IMG/VR virus record: IMGVR_UViG_3300025168_000109 | Span: 1 to 54,880 of that record | Strand: one strand, 5' to 3' | Source of the DNA: a virus | Taxonomy: Duplodnaviria > Caudoviricetes | Length of the DNA: 54,880 nucleotides | Part shown: positions 40,301 to 44,862 of the stretch, one piece after another | How the letters are laid out: the number at the start of each line of letters is the position of its first letter | How positions within the stretch are numbered: the stretch's first letter is position 1 | The notes under the pieces: model-generated | What the model saw: the letters and a program-made list of their open reading frames with translations, nothing else | Database searches by the model: none | What the model was told of the DNA's origin: nothing | Made by a program: the position numbers and the translations under genes

Positions 40301-40842
40301 AAATGGAGTCAAGAAAAGATGATGTGTACATGGGTAAATATGAAGCATTAACTGATGAGAAAGGTAATAAAATTAAAAGTGAAGTTGAAGTAGATGGTCA
40401 AATGGTTGAAATGGATACTATGGATTGGGTTACTTGGCAACATGAAGGTAGAGCTAAACTTTTATTAAAGTTTATAGCTTCTATGAAAGGAGGTCAGTAT
40501 ACTAATTACAAGTATTCTAATTTAAATGACAGAGATAAATATGATTTACTTGGTATATTATCTAAATTCTCTGCATTTGCTTTAATGGGGCTTGCAATGT
40601 CAACTATGGATGATGATGATTATCCAGAACCACTAATGCAAAGAATGGAGTACTTACAAAAAGATGCTTTACAAGGGTTAATGCCTAGCGAGCTCTTAAG
40701 AACACTTAAGAATCCATTTGCAGTTATAGCACACGCTAATAGTATAATTGAAACTGACTTTAGTATAAGTGCTCAAAGAAAGAATATTCCTTTCCTATCT
40801 ATAGGAGCGGAGTTAGAAAGGTATGGCATGATTGAAAGGTAA
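22342..40842 (+). CDS. Giant virion RNA polymerase polyprotein (6166 aa): SF1 helicase, zincin, two-barrel RNAP, zincin and PD-(D/E)xK nuclease
   Basis: RNAP motifs DLADGQGF, GFRIPST and HGSDFDVDSL (DFDVD at 33772-33786). Helicase motifs GAAGTGKS (26671), IIIDEAP, GDQAQL, IYRS, AQGETID and LYTATSRA. HEVFH at 29749 and HEFAH at 36664. Nuclease motifs RGRAVH...E...QIDGL...VDWKSG at about 37680-37975. Confidence 0.9.
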   Translation: MALDENNLPEGNGLKSSAISTVDTQGSGLSVSNTLQTLTSPRQGSSINQAAASASFTNDLATDPSIFSDGLRSQGFLDPNQNPEMYKTIYQSDAANAWNTLFNEMRTMRKSEVEDDLRGVRIQLAEYENAKDRADSFYAEGLVSKVEHSNILKQIEEGHLRGGKDKLDLVDQLIDGVMGGLSQALTAEDYANAVDRAQKSGLLKRTENIEKSYSKNTDTYQSLLEEKEQLKKDIEEREEETRTGGFASLFSGAIGRGDAFGAQGIPLPIYGGGDVEEDYAIRSKIEKAGGATALSSLPIFSKAFGLSDSWTGDEYFQYKAAEDAAGSISTFEGQVASIVGPAIIQTLEKQAQNKYFKGVKNPYLRTASALTQFATIVAGNFWSRNLETKMESGDAYWQKVDKLENALQEDLRAQGINRELTKSEKNNIAIMANDGVGDLKRKNMWLGGSDVMQFALTFMKLPGLSKAFTGTTFRNIAGRELSSRMTGRLGINALKFSAAVGVSRELEGMEEGLQHKWVQDYLGVYGGETSGSFLNNQWNSMKRAGGDAIDYGLNMSGLKNSDPEMYESLAFKTAVQSGRDMATMMTGGGRTVSNWGGAKSLVELKQAMSLLGEGGDNVNRKRLFEDKKSLMYKFFSQGNTSNLYDAIYRMSRKVGSMKTPLMTRQEAIDAINEVQQAEKIYNDVFDNKSPLAISGFGINYDIGRLGGREAYTEADKKKVFLNALDVIENGKRNKELLEKQQSYREGKDESLDLYVTALTKEERAEYEDKNTTKKRKKELEDKLTAEGVSLEEKEKIKAKMEDRGFSSTPYDQELLENAEATEKRKKENEEIASEKKTWIGNPDTNDGALWNISDVEKVKALMEERESLMKKKDLTNADLMAIEDLERQENQIWYEQDFEYKALERGRLLGSTKKAALIHGIGSIIQHIEKYGSKGLNKILPSILENNTKLDATTIKDLQVLANEIVTNRQKVADSIKDLKKKRQELLFDAETETQHTSLTQQEKEELLELRELEDAGTLDEAQTKRLAKLVSRSITDKALDGITEEVTALEAEEASLSETADMSEQYISRIESNPSDFLINDSDFEAKSDDTILEEAALEATEGMDYIKDQLKNIPDFADVENGQRIYNQIKEREDIFRRRTVEAEDSRKDYFENIANTLKLALEDMSSLLETIKANAANRTEEQTESERRMFQDALSSLGLNLEFEVDEGAVFENVGKVVLETVGQPALNVLKNSLLTNTDKVGVTLVLQGLLKSILADQSKVKTKLKSDLKKISKAQIKAFTDIIKENFESKVATDFYLENPKIGLKNVLHQISTLNEDKDLNNRDSALWKYVDHLSPHKLLEDIIKEDRTGLEASSEVLEHLLMHHIFHLQAENQLDLLNSDINVTDQLENEKFVLQNKTIEFIPTKQQLQSIRELSVFLKSEIANKDTLTLGGVSSFLQGAAGTGKSKIVLPWAIQTAGIPNRAIYAFGHNPNSSATINSSLNLIKNKKDANTLDSFLQLDDAVAEDLEVIIIDEAPALNDLQYQNVEKQIAHINALKHASKKPAIKVVMLGDQAQLTNEVISPLDAFGAFKTMHTVITPITSIYRSDNPAIANFQDTFRRRKEDLSKTQLTVKLNSSHPWRPGAIGVYGVAGDFKERLILKLQNASPNGERRVIITNPNKKEEYQSLIKVNKLQDVEVMSFIEAQGETIDEVYMDIVRDNMNLEDFNKALYTATSRAQNLIVATNLNIKNTIDPQLDAVQQGLGLELMQRREEFKTEVLENSKLLREFDELSDRETIHESVEEALEEEPTVVDEFIDEAMSEEDEARNEEQAEEQDKVHPETTRGEELDQDLMPEQAYDVEEDLGGYTENSSEEFDNNIDVSDKHVLFYPEYDALSSTTIRKATVLPVMSDRPISFVKGRAVSRDGKIISGIVVLQEAREQLGTSTRFFEYDNKKVFRRIAVIGDSNEIDQMNFLTKAQKKSLKDTLSTGVSIPLGELGIPGDKSLVSDTNNAVSRNNIITGVAIPKGGARRLTYKYGSRREASFTFNQPAASNFLKQNKKLVDNILQKFIDSFYTESQPITDEQLKNIKQSRVKIFKKKDIKDLNVPEGFNIKSGRPYLVIKGVGNENKTQYIALTARRISRNIKDDVKNYFQYIDAFGQATAKIEQLSQGALKLGTKGFVDFIRGADKMAQDIATGIGNVAAMEELIELRNVVRDLRWSEVDTNSNGSISKKTQGVGPAQAAMNKLAQSNSIFRVERRIKRNGKKVRIVTSKSLLSFSSQGQSKGPITTQLLETVFNSQDDKGYNHVLHLPLDIDMFNDLDSSGTSTTVRTAKQNHNAASKVLTSQLESIEGTKIILGNSNAVDEKRSKPKVTTTKKKKKKLRGNIGDINNLEGKEYREKSEDLKGSLISKDDANNLIKRLLPDLIATDSKGNEYLKPGNIVYLDALRMLELTESKNVLGKFIDQRIYLLEQKDGIYDNVVRHEVFHKILSYYLTDSERRTLFQTARTQYKIPKSHTNAQVEERLAREFMKFRVDENSVVARIRKIFKKILKFLGFIDKNADNIQKLFTNIDNGYFSGSNMVGDPVSTNMNFESLTEQWESVEIYREARSRFIKGMDSLMSEYDDGQQDIISEVDYENSEVTGVPMGRDEALNYLVENNFPDFVQQLESKGLGNLNEAQSRIYKASKLLSDPRKARAMFKDVYQRDTLDEGYELEESLHLDNVNLSDVINDANLKDHSRNLSQSVIEVLTGISYTASNGKSKRLNIKHAYFQALQLLTNTYDPSITKMRANIKKKSKNLGNKLGTAGKAVEDAIIKLIDESFNTLNENNLHQIEIGKDRIKREILNEQLKNITGRTKTATAKRDKIRQKIDNLDISDFEIPGNYHFVNQNKFIFSKDSNVIAADLLQDLAGQEQFSTVARKKNESSEEFYFRIYNALDAEGMAIPTEALIALYTKGKATRDLKNLIVNTASLREETFMLGDYTYEWDDSTKSSVKKIRYYRHKEFGTRATASSDIRNFINSNLKSLKQAAPGLLKSIKKSSTTKDKMNILNKFMSLIQYPEDKVLIHRKYAEQALIKLEGFLQRLPDVGKMNKTAPKVESEKTGKMVYDTFTIDDLVNDEGSLLEALGNMLKVENEATKAHSIKNVEGKTIYAFHNSSYGVDIIKDLSDNKKPEHLQGEFYGNNIFVNGQSDIREMQDWDGIIDRKRKNIPITYTAEGEKQWLDRNFNYYFLAGLKEANQGLYYTQQLTTVSDKSSPKSVQVKALNPQQIKEAVTTMVEQYHKKSLKKSLVFPKIIESTSLTKGQKVSRIIQELETRTDAMLAKIQSENILKNMDYSAAVDQLNFSKLSKEKQLRALVNTFVSNYAVNSFFLNQLVLGDTANFKDSYDVVKRMSIAFAPGYKGFVNPLLGMKKNFRVAVMEDPQATAFDFLSPKERTALVRDLKDLGLDSPIDLADGQGFVLPSRLKDLRRGFGGGFNPGTVMKPVYYGIDSTGKPTALKYSTTVLTESLVENHPGLKALKKQMELAEVDELVFKSGVKVGAPNTLSKPGYPKINPNTNFTTRPKIEAESILTLDNASLRLQLDPTADPNALVSNPTQLAYMINTNGLNSEAAADYYESMAELIDSGTKDFLMELGLMNSTGAVKKFLNLNQSRRNAIEKKIRAKIINAADTTESAHKEAEVLSAKDENGNPAVTINFPAVVNKIYQHLASSLSKATIKIKFPGSKLILQSAYGATIEDPVTGKQRPLKHITADRPYAEVLMPRIHSDKFKLGDSIYDNHMMGFRIPSTELHSSVSLKVVGFYDAHDTNVIIAPKELVTIHGSDFDVDSLFVIRKGHTSDKSKSGVSLYTNDNTGLKTNNKDLLLTNNEVIPSSDNFITSVRDEVNYYQNQIRDLNSVMKLAEDNTNNREIKKDLKKTLEVLKRVEKAAVKNKMLDTYLDVIEDPKNRETILSPITMTNLKGRVKNGKDLDNSVFGVISEDMGLPILDNHSQLYGTKDLTNPLDEMYMHQSNQQGSKLTGSGANSMKALAYMMEASEGSQPSVLVDKKTQEGEILPFEFTIDGITYSRLNRYEKLRGDKNSKHTIWQTMDSVTNAAIDNSKEQILNILNLNQATASMFYVMIGTGVPLKTAVRIMLQPAVKEAARVNPKQFSKGASIVRKQILDKLGSAKSNTPDSIQKGIEQTKLNTKSLKKGILATSSRFNKSFDKQLGSTADSIFQLVILDLLSPEGAKKGLNKYGNDLATVASTLQVLQSLPSNHEDLTGLIDNMQDMFAEDSSFGFDLSNILNSLPHLQRAKDTAEILYSITSEILHVNNPSLKEFAAGVNTMIGNTSSSEDRIGGNERNKKIREEFVRFIASIVSDTKSIPPMDVKLGQVSTTVAGTQALSHRLALQITDMKKKNTTNAFLSRVAVNRDKRGIQYISSNAAGITQEELVEVYADFNRLDPQLQEDILQYSIAKEGMLFAASNITMMIEPKRFAGYDQRRAKILAELIEDPKKLEVLRNRFTVQYALTNPNLLASTGNKKISETIVEENGSKYGTRKDRLSTGEIVFYDLKINNDLGEGPLFLSNPNYNQVYIRVHQDVLDQDTKGFSYYQVVAKGSASTSFYTVDQLDLNTEYNLQTHFPKNALVRAVEDGSVNELILYKQIKGLEKGDKMVLRAHDDVLRADGIEVIISDVSEEKQKDKITEITTTVSKITFEEQRTDMTPFIELPEIGLDDTKEEPAMQKISDAQTISEEAANIIVSRLERVFGFKAKVINRPDLEWAGKFVADVPIINVAYMRADTAFHEFAHPWVTAIFMRNKPLFNKLKLELQSNLEGQAILAKVKQRYPNLKGDEFFKEAIVTAIGEYSAGMIDEQGKGLVDAIFELLKRIGTMIKKLWNSNAIITPEELTNMDLRGLALLLAETDARLETNITEFKNQPKIVTKQNFLKRLQGEGVISPGQVNGYYAIMDIVPGTTERRPDLFNKHAEMVAQYEQDYPGLIRRVGNDVVFDFEVPVEEFSANAEYQVIDNDPITDEKGLDKIVDEDTIKYLENARDVENVRLSDDEANYQGNSGVYKRLTHFVKTGVLGQSTDTVASEYAAKKVFERNKRNIETGTILIENKPFTYNQLVDRFQRKANNSAARGRAVHKLMEWLVTKDDRVLKDLREIQREKPDQDAITDASLKWVEQVGEGVLRKIGYTDTDKMKAELMLHSPILSIATQIDGLIQHEDGTLTMVDWKSGGYFLNDRSTAQMMRYSNGTTNDVSDSKLNKAMLELTLRAIMVKEHQPNAKFRQIMVHHLEKSNPFKQPFEVHVKDYLKIISNYLQAEKPEEFKALEEKGLLDANNYISQDMRNNAALDKYSHQPLEAQVEGLEKDIEILRTKITTPGMSNDLKADKDLLEALTTAYLELTKTSKETLNSEGKLGDFKAWASSIYNINSPRLQAFNKIFRRASQKSQNKIENEKQIAEKLFKDVRDEFMKKNPAVKITGLATLGARSGFDYKGLYDFAYEEKLDGVQTPGVYMISLEDAKTKYDKGELTDAQYKLVKHLRETWNANWSELMNKKMESGNPYSKIIGMHNVDNTVIEGKLHPNFMPRLPLESAEAYERYRGEGFINRQVKGTGQVIKNFAANTFSLFIEQNYYGQNDSINSHIPVRFMGSTGIIADQVHSFNLERMHYDFTANLMRKQEMDFVVALGDGLKSYYNTMKDLKGNDDKGWKNYEKFMENFIINSIMQERTAGRNNHWSSKQYNIVNPFYDPNKPTSPYNKQSFQFSLFKLMMAVKHITTGKALWFKFIGGTFNGAIILMYTAMKAVQGSAAKRLGYDPGVIDVTTSQLLWAGKEVGKYFGDQILRSFSNDPSKNKLHNLLKRFKYLPDNYDYAVDQSDMMNLKNPTLTYDKLFFFHAIHEEWGHALLLAAQMKNIKMADGSSIWDSYDNEGNFMKVKNGKANVRGVITDPSGVKRVIGELTEDEINKMLKMSTDIHGAYRTSERTVLESTAVGVWAMQFKKYLPALLIQEMESRKDDVYMGKYEALTDEKGNKIKSEVEVDGQMVEMDTMDWVTWQHEGRAKLLLKFIASMKGGQYTNYKYSNLNDRDKYDLLGILSKFSAFALMGLAMSTMDDDDYPEPLMQRMEYLQKDALQGLMPSELLRTLKNPFAVIAHANSIIETDFSISAQRKNIPFLSIGAELERYGMIER

Positions 40843-40870
40843 AAAAAAGGGGCAAACGCCCCTTTCTTTT
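40841..40870. terminator. Bidirectional intrinsic terminator between the convergent gene blocks
   Basis: AAAGGGGC-AAAC-GCCCCTTT hairpin with an A8 run on the left and TTTCTTTT on the right. Confidence 0.9.
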
Positions 40871-41258
40871 ATTCTCTGTCCATTGACATTTTTAACAACA
40901 ATAAATAACCAATTAGATCATCTACAGTATCTTCTGTTTCATCAGTAATTCCTTTATTACTTATTCTTGCTAATTTATCATCTATTCTAGCACATATAGC
41001 TTCAGTAGAACCTAACTTACTAAATATATTTGTAGGATTAAGCGCTGTGTTACCATACGCCTCATTCTTTTCTTTTAATAAAGTAGTAATTTTAGTTGTT
41101 ATCTGATCTAAATGCCATCCAAATTTAGGACTTGCAGGCTTCCAAGGATCTTTGTTTCTTTCAGTATCCCAATAAAGATCATTGTGACTAGAAGTACTAG
41201 TATAAGTCGCATGAACTTTTAAAGCCGGCGGCTCTTTTATTTTACATTTTTTACTCAT
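40869..41258 (-). CDS. Nucleotide-modification-associated domain 1 (Nmad1/DUF1599-like) protein
   Basis: Pattern LLKEKNEAYGN...ARIDDKLARI...EDTVDDLIGYLLL. Confidence 0.75.
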   Translation of the reverse strand: MSKKCKIKEPPALKVHATYTSTSSHNDLYWDTERNKDPWKPASPKFGWHLDQITTKITTLLKEKNEAYGNTALNPTNIFSKLGSTEAICARIDDKLARISNKGITDETEDTVDDLIGYLLLLKMSMDRE

Positions 41259-41259
41259 T

Positions 41260-41790
41260 TTAATAATAATTTAAATTAAACGTTTCTTCTTCTTCATTCA
41301 TTATACTATATAATTCAGAGTCTTCAGGAAGAAGAGCATCTAACTTACGTTCTAAGTATTCTCTTCTTTCTTTAGACTTAAATAATATTTGACCCATATT
41401 ACCATCAATATCAAATCTGTGAAAATCTAATATTTGTAGTTTATATTCGTCTCTTAATTTTGAATATTTACCACGTTTAAAATTTTCAAAATCTTTTTTA
41501 TATCTATCAGGAACTTTAAATACAAATAATAAATGTTTTGAAGAAGGATTCTCTACCGCAATAAATGAACTAATTTTATTTAGTAAACCTACAAATTCAA
41601 TAAAAGCTTTTCTTTTAGAATTTTTATACAGTAGCAGAATACAATCAACATTGTTACGTTTTTCAATAAAAGCATTAATAAAAAGTGTATCATAAAATAA
41701 TAGTCTTCTTTCGCCTCCTAGCATAGGAAATAAAAATAAACTAGTTTTAGTTTTACGCTCACCATTCATTGTCTTCTTCTTTTGATTCAT
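41260..41790 (-). CDS. Hypothetical phage protein
   Basis: 176-aa ORF within the operon. The start may be the Met at 41769. Confidence 0.6.
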   Translation of the reverse strand: MNQKKKTMNGERKTKTSLFLFPMLGGERRLLFYDTLFINAFIEKRNNVDCILLLYKNSKRKAFIEFVGLLNKISSFIAVENPSSKHLLFVFKVPDRYKKDFENFKRGKYSKLRDEYKLQILDFHRFDIDGNMGQILFKSKERREYLERKLDALLPEDSELYSIMNEEEETFNLNYY

Positions 41791-42514
41791 TAAAGGATGC
41801 TATTTCATTTACTCTAAACACTAGTTCAGATTCTTGGATTCCCATATTATACGCTTCTTGTTTTGTTCTAAGTAAATATACAAGATTATAGGTTTCTGCA
41901 AATTTAATGATTCCTTGGTGCATTCCAAATTTTTCAGTATATTTTTCTAGAACCATAGTCAACTTAGGATTATCGTCAACCCACTTTTCTGCAGTTTTTT
42001 CTCCTACTTTAGGAATACCAGGTATACCATCTGTTGAGTCTCCCATTAATGTTTGAATTAACAAAAATCTATCTGCATTATCTTCAGTAGTAAAAACAAA
42101 TTCCATTTTACCGTAGTTATAATGTGTTCCAGGAAGTTGTTTTAAAACATCTTTATCTGGACTACATATAACAGAATCTGGATGATTATCTTTAAATATA
42201 GCTACTAAATCATCTGCTTCTAATCCGGCAACTCCATAAAATCCCCACTTTTGTTGTATATACTCTTTAAGAGCATAGAATATAGGTGGTTTTGCTGTAC
42301 CTCCTTTTCTATTATATTTATATGGCTTAGTTTTTGCTATTCCATATCTAAAACATCTTCCTAGAGTTAAAAACCCTATGAAGAATTCTGCTTCTGCAAA
42401 ATTTATTATTTGTCTAATTCTCATATCTAAGCTTTCCATAGCTTCTTCAAGAGTGGGTTTCCCCATTTCATAATAAATTAAACTGTCAGCATCTATTACT
42501 GCTATTTTACTCAT
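41759..42514 (-). CDS. 5'-3' exonuclease/flap endonuclease (T7 gp6/T4 RNase H-like)
   Basis: Motifs IDADSL, YKYNR, LEADD, SPDKD and GDSTDGIPGIPKVGEKTA (H3TH). I moved the start from 42541 to the A-rich-preceded ATG at 42514. Confidence 0.9.
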   Translation of the reverse strand: MSKIAVIDADSLIYYEMGKPTLEEAMESLDMRIRQIINFAEAEFFIGFLTLGRCFRYGIAKTKPYKYNRKGGTAKPPIFYALKEYIQQKWGFYGVAGLEADDLVAIFKDNHPDSVICSPDKDVLKQLPGTHYNYGKMEFVFTTEDNADRFLLIQTLMGDSTDGIPGIPKVGEKTAEKWVDDNPKLTMVLEKYTEKFGMHQGIIKFAETYNLVYLLRTKQEAYNMGIQESELVFRVNEIASFNESKEEDNEW

Positions 42515-42544
42515 TTTTTTAATTTTTATTAGGTTAAACATATT

Positions 42545-42623
42545 AGGGGGAGGGTCCGTGGCATATTACATTAATAACCTCCCCCTTCTATGCAATCAAT
42601 TAAACCGAGTTGCAAAACAACTC
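42545..42623. promoter_or_regulatory. Intergenic double hairpin
   Basis: AGGGGGAGG (42545-53) pairs with CCTCCCCCT (42578-86) around a 24-nt loop. GAGTTG-CAAAA-CAACTC lies at 42607-23. Confidence 0.6.
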
Positions 42624-42630
42624 TTTACAG

Positions 42631-43665
42631 TTAGTCTTGCATGTACTTTCTGTACTCCGGTTTAACTTGAACTTTAAATGTATACAATTCCCTATTTTGG
42701 ATTTGTATTTCTTGTCTACATAATACCTCTAAAGCTCTAAAACATCTTGAATCTAAAGAACCTTTGTCTTCAAAATATTTAATTGCTCTTTCAGCATTAC
42801 ATTGGGATAGATCATGTATATCATGTTTTTCCATCCAGTATTGCACATCCTTATTTCTATTAAAATTGTATGATTTTCTATTTAAGAAATCAGCATACTC
42901 ATATAATAAAAATGGTTGTCCTGTTGGGTCAATAGTAGGTATTATTTTACCTGCCATCTCATATTCTTCGTCAGAAGCACTATAATTATCAATCATTTTT
43001 TTAATATCTTCCATTAACTCTTTAGTCATAGGAACTCTATTAGCAGATTGATTAAGAATAGTATCTGTCTCAATAACATCTAACTCTCCATCTTCAATAG
43101 ATTTAGCTAAAGTTAAAGACATACTAGTAAAGAGATAAGAATCATAAGGAGCACTTTCATAATCTACATTATGTTGGTAGTGATCTCCTAATGATCTTTT
43201 ATCTAGAATAACATCGTTACCGTGCTTGCTATAATAATCTGAAACTGCATCTCTATGATCATTGCAAAAATAACCATTAGTCAGACAAAACATCATTTTA
43301 GTCTGAGCAATATTAGCCACACTAAGATATTTATCATAGAAATTAGTATGAGGAATAACAAAATCTGCTTTCTCATAGTCATTAGTAACAGTAATTTTAT
43401 GCTCTTTAAGCGCTGCTTTTAATCTATCAGTTGATACATTATGCATTGGTAATATAAAAGCTTTTTTAACTTGCGTTAAATCATTAGTTGTTTCTGTTTC
43501 TAATATGTTTATTATTTTATCATATTGAGATTTTGACTCAGATAGATATAAAGTTTCAATGTCAAGATTGTTCATCATTAGACCTGCATGCTTTACATCT
43601 GTAAATCCCAAGTCATCTAATAACTCGGGACTCACTTCACTGTGGTGTACATTTTTACTTGCCAT
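42631..43665 (-). CDS. Hypothetical protein coupled to the AAA+ ATPase (possible BRCT-like segment)
   Basis: TAATG overlap with the ATPase gene. LKEHKITVTNDYEKADFVI is reminiscent of BRCT (weak). Confidence 0.55.
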   Translation of the reverse strand: MASKNVHHSEVSPELLDDLGFTDVKHAGLMMNNLDIETLYLSESKSQYDKIINILETETTNDLTQVKKAFILPMHNVSTDRLKAALKEHKITVTNDYEKADFVIPHTNFYDKYLSVANIAQTKMMFCLTNGYFCNDHRDAVSDYYSKHGNDVILDKRSLGDHYQHNVDYESAPYDSYLFTSMSLTLAKSIEDGELDVIETDTILNQSANRVPMTKELMEDIKKMIDNYSASDEEYEMAGKIIPTIDPTGQPFLLYEYADFLNRKSYNFNRNKDVQYWMEKHDIHDLSQCNAERAIKYFEDKGSLDSRCFRALEVLCRQEIQIQNRELYTFKVQVKPEYRKYMQD

Positions 43666-44843
43666 TATTTAATTGTCATTTTAATTATAGCTGGATTCAT
43701 CATCATTTGGTTAAACTTAGACTTATTTCCAGTGTATATTGTCCTAACTACTAAATACTTTAAATCGTCAGTAAAATAGCTTCCCGTGCACAGGTTGACG
43801 AGACGTTCTTGCATTTTTGGATTTACGGTGTCTGTTTTTGAGTATGCAACAGAGAAATTAGCTATACGAGTAGCTAAAAGGCTAGCTATGTCAGCTCTAT
43901 AGCTATCACCAGTACCTATACACTCAGTTAACTGCGGAAGTACCTGCTCTGCTTTACCAAGAACTATCTCTCTTGGCGTCACTAGTTTGTCAAGCTTGTT
44001 ATTAATAAACGTAGTAAACATAGAAGCAAACTCATTACCTACTGAGCCCTCACCAATCATTTGAACTAACGGTAACTCATCTTCAAATGCTTTAATACTT
44101 GATATACTATTAAAGAACGTTGATATAGAACGAGCATTAGTTTCTTGAGTCACTAACTCAGGATGCATCAACAAGAAGTTAATACATCTAGTATCTATAC
44201 CATTCTCTTCTGCCCAACGGCCCCACACATTAACATCAAATTTAAGATTTGCTGTAATATAACGAGTCTTTTGTGCAGAATCTACAGAGTTTACCATATA
44301 GTCACCATTATCAGGATTAGCTGTTAAGATAATATGCCAATCTTTAGGCAAGGTCCATGAGATATATGTCTGTCTATCTACGAGCTCCATACAAGCTTGA
44401 ATAAATCTTGTATCTGCACGGTTCCAGTCATCAAGTAGCAGTACACCACCGGCTTTCTTATCAGCAATCCATTCTGGAGCTGAATAAGACATTCTGCTTT
44501 TACCAGTAGTTTGAAATCCTAGTTTAGAGTGATCGTTAACAGCTACTTCATCTACCCATTTACCTCTTTTCTGACCTTCTACTTCTTTCCACATTTGAAA
44601 CTGCTTAATAGGAAATCCTACTAAGTCACCTAGCTCTTCTATCTGAGCTAAGTTAAGCTTTACAAAGTCAAGACCATGTGCAGCTGTCATGTCCATAATA
44701 CTAGTTGTTTTACCAATACCGGACTCACCTACTACTTCAATAGCAACAGGCTTTTTACCTTGACCTTGAAGGTGTCGGTTGTTTTTAATAATATGTCCTA
44801 CAAAATCTTGTAGTTCATCTATATTTAAATTTACTTCATTCAT
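43665..44843 (-). CDS. MoxR-like AAA+ ATPase
   Basis: Walker A GESGIGKT, DLVGFP, Walker B LLLDDWNRA, sensor ILTANP and AQKTR. Adjacent to a VWA gene. Confidence 0.85.
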   Translation of the reverse strand: MNEVNLNIDELQDFVGHIIKNNRHLQGQGKKPVAIEVVGESGIGKTTSIMDMTAAHGLDFVKLNLAQIEELGDLVGFPIKQFQMWKEVEGQKRGKWVDEVAVNDHSKLGFQTTGKSRMSYSAPEWIADKKAGGVLLLDDWNRADTRFIQACMELVDRQTYISWTLPKDWHIILTANPDNGDYMVNSVDSAQKTRYITANLKFDVNVWGRWAEENGIDTRCINFLLMHPELVTQETNARSISTFFNSISSIKAFEDELPLVQMIGEGSVGNEFASMFTTFINNKLDKLVTPREIVLGKAEQVLPQLTECIGTGDSYRADIASLLATRIANFSVAYSKTDTVNPKMQERLVNLCTGSYFTDDLKYLVVRTIYTGNKSKFNQMMMNPAIIKMTIK

Positions 44844-44862
44844 AATTTTTGGTTTAATTGAT

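Noticed and set aside
22342-40842. Intein or intron explaining the size of the RNAP gene
   Set aside because: The frame is continuous, and I recognised no intein splice motifs or LAGLIDADG/HNH motifs. A profile search would be needed to exclude this fully.
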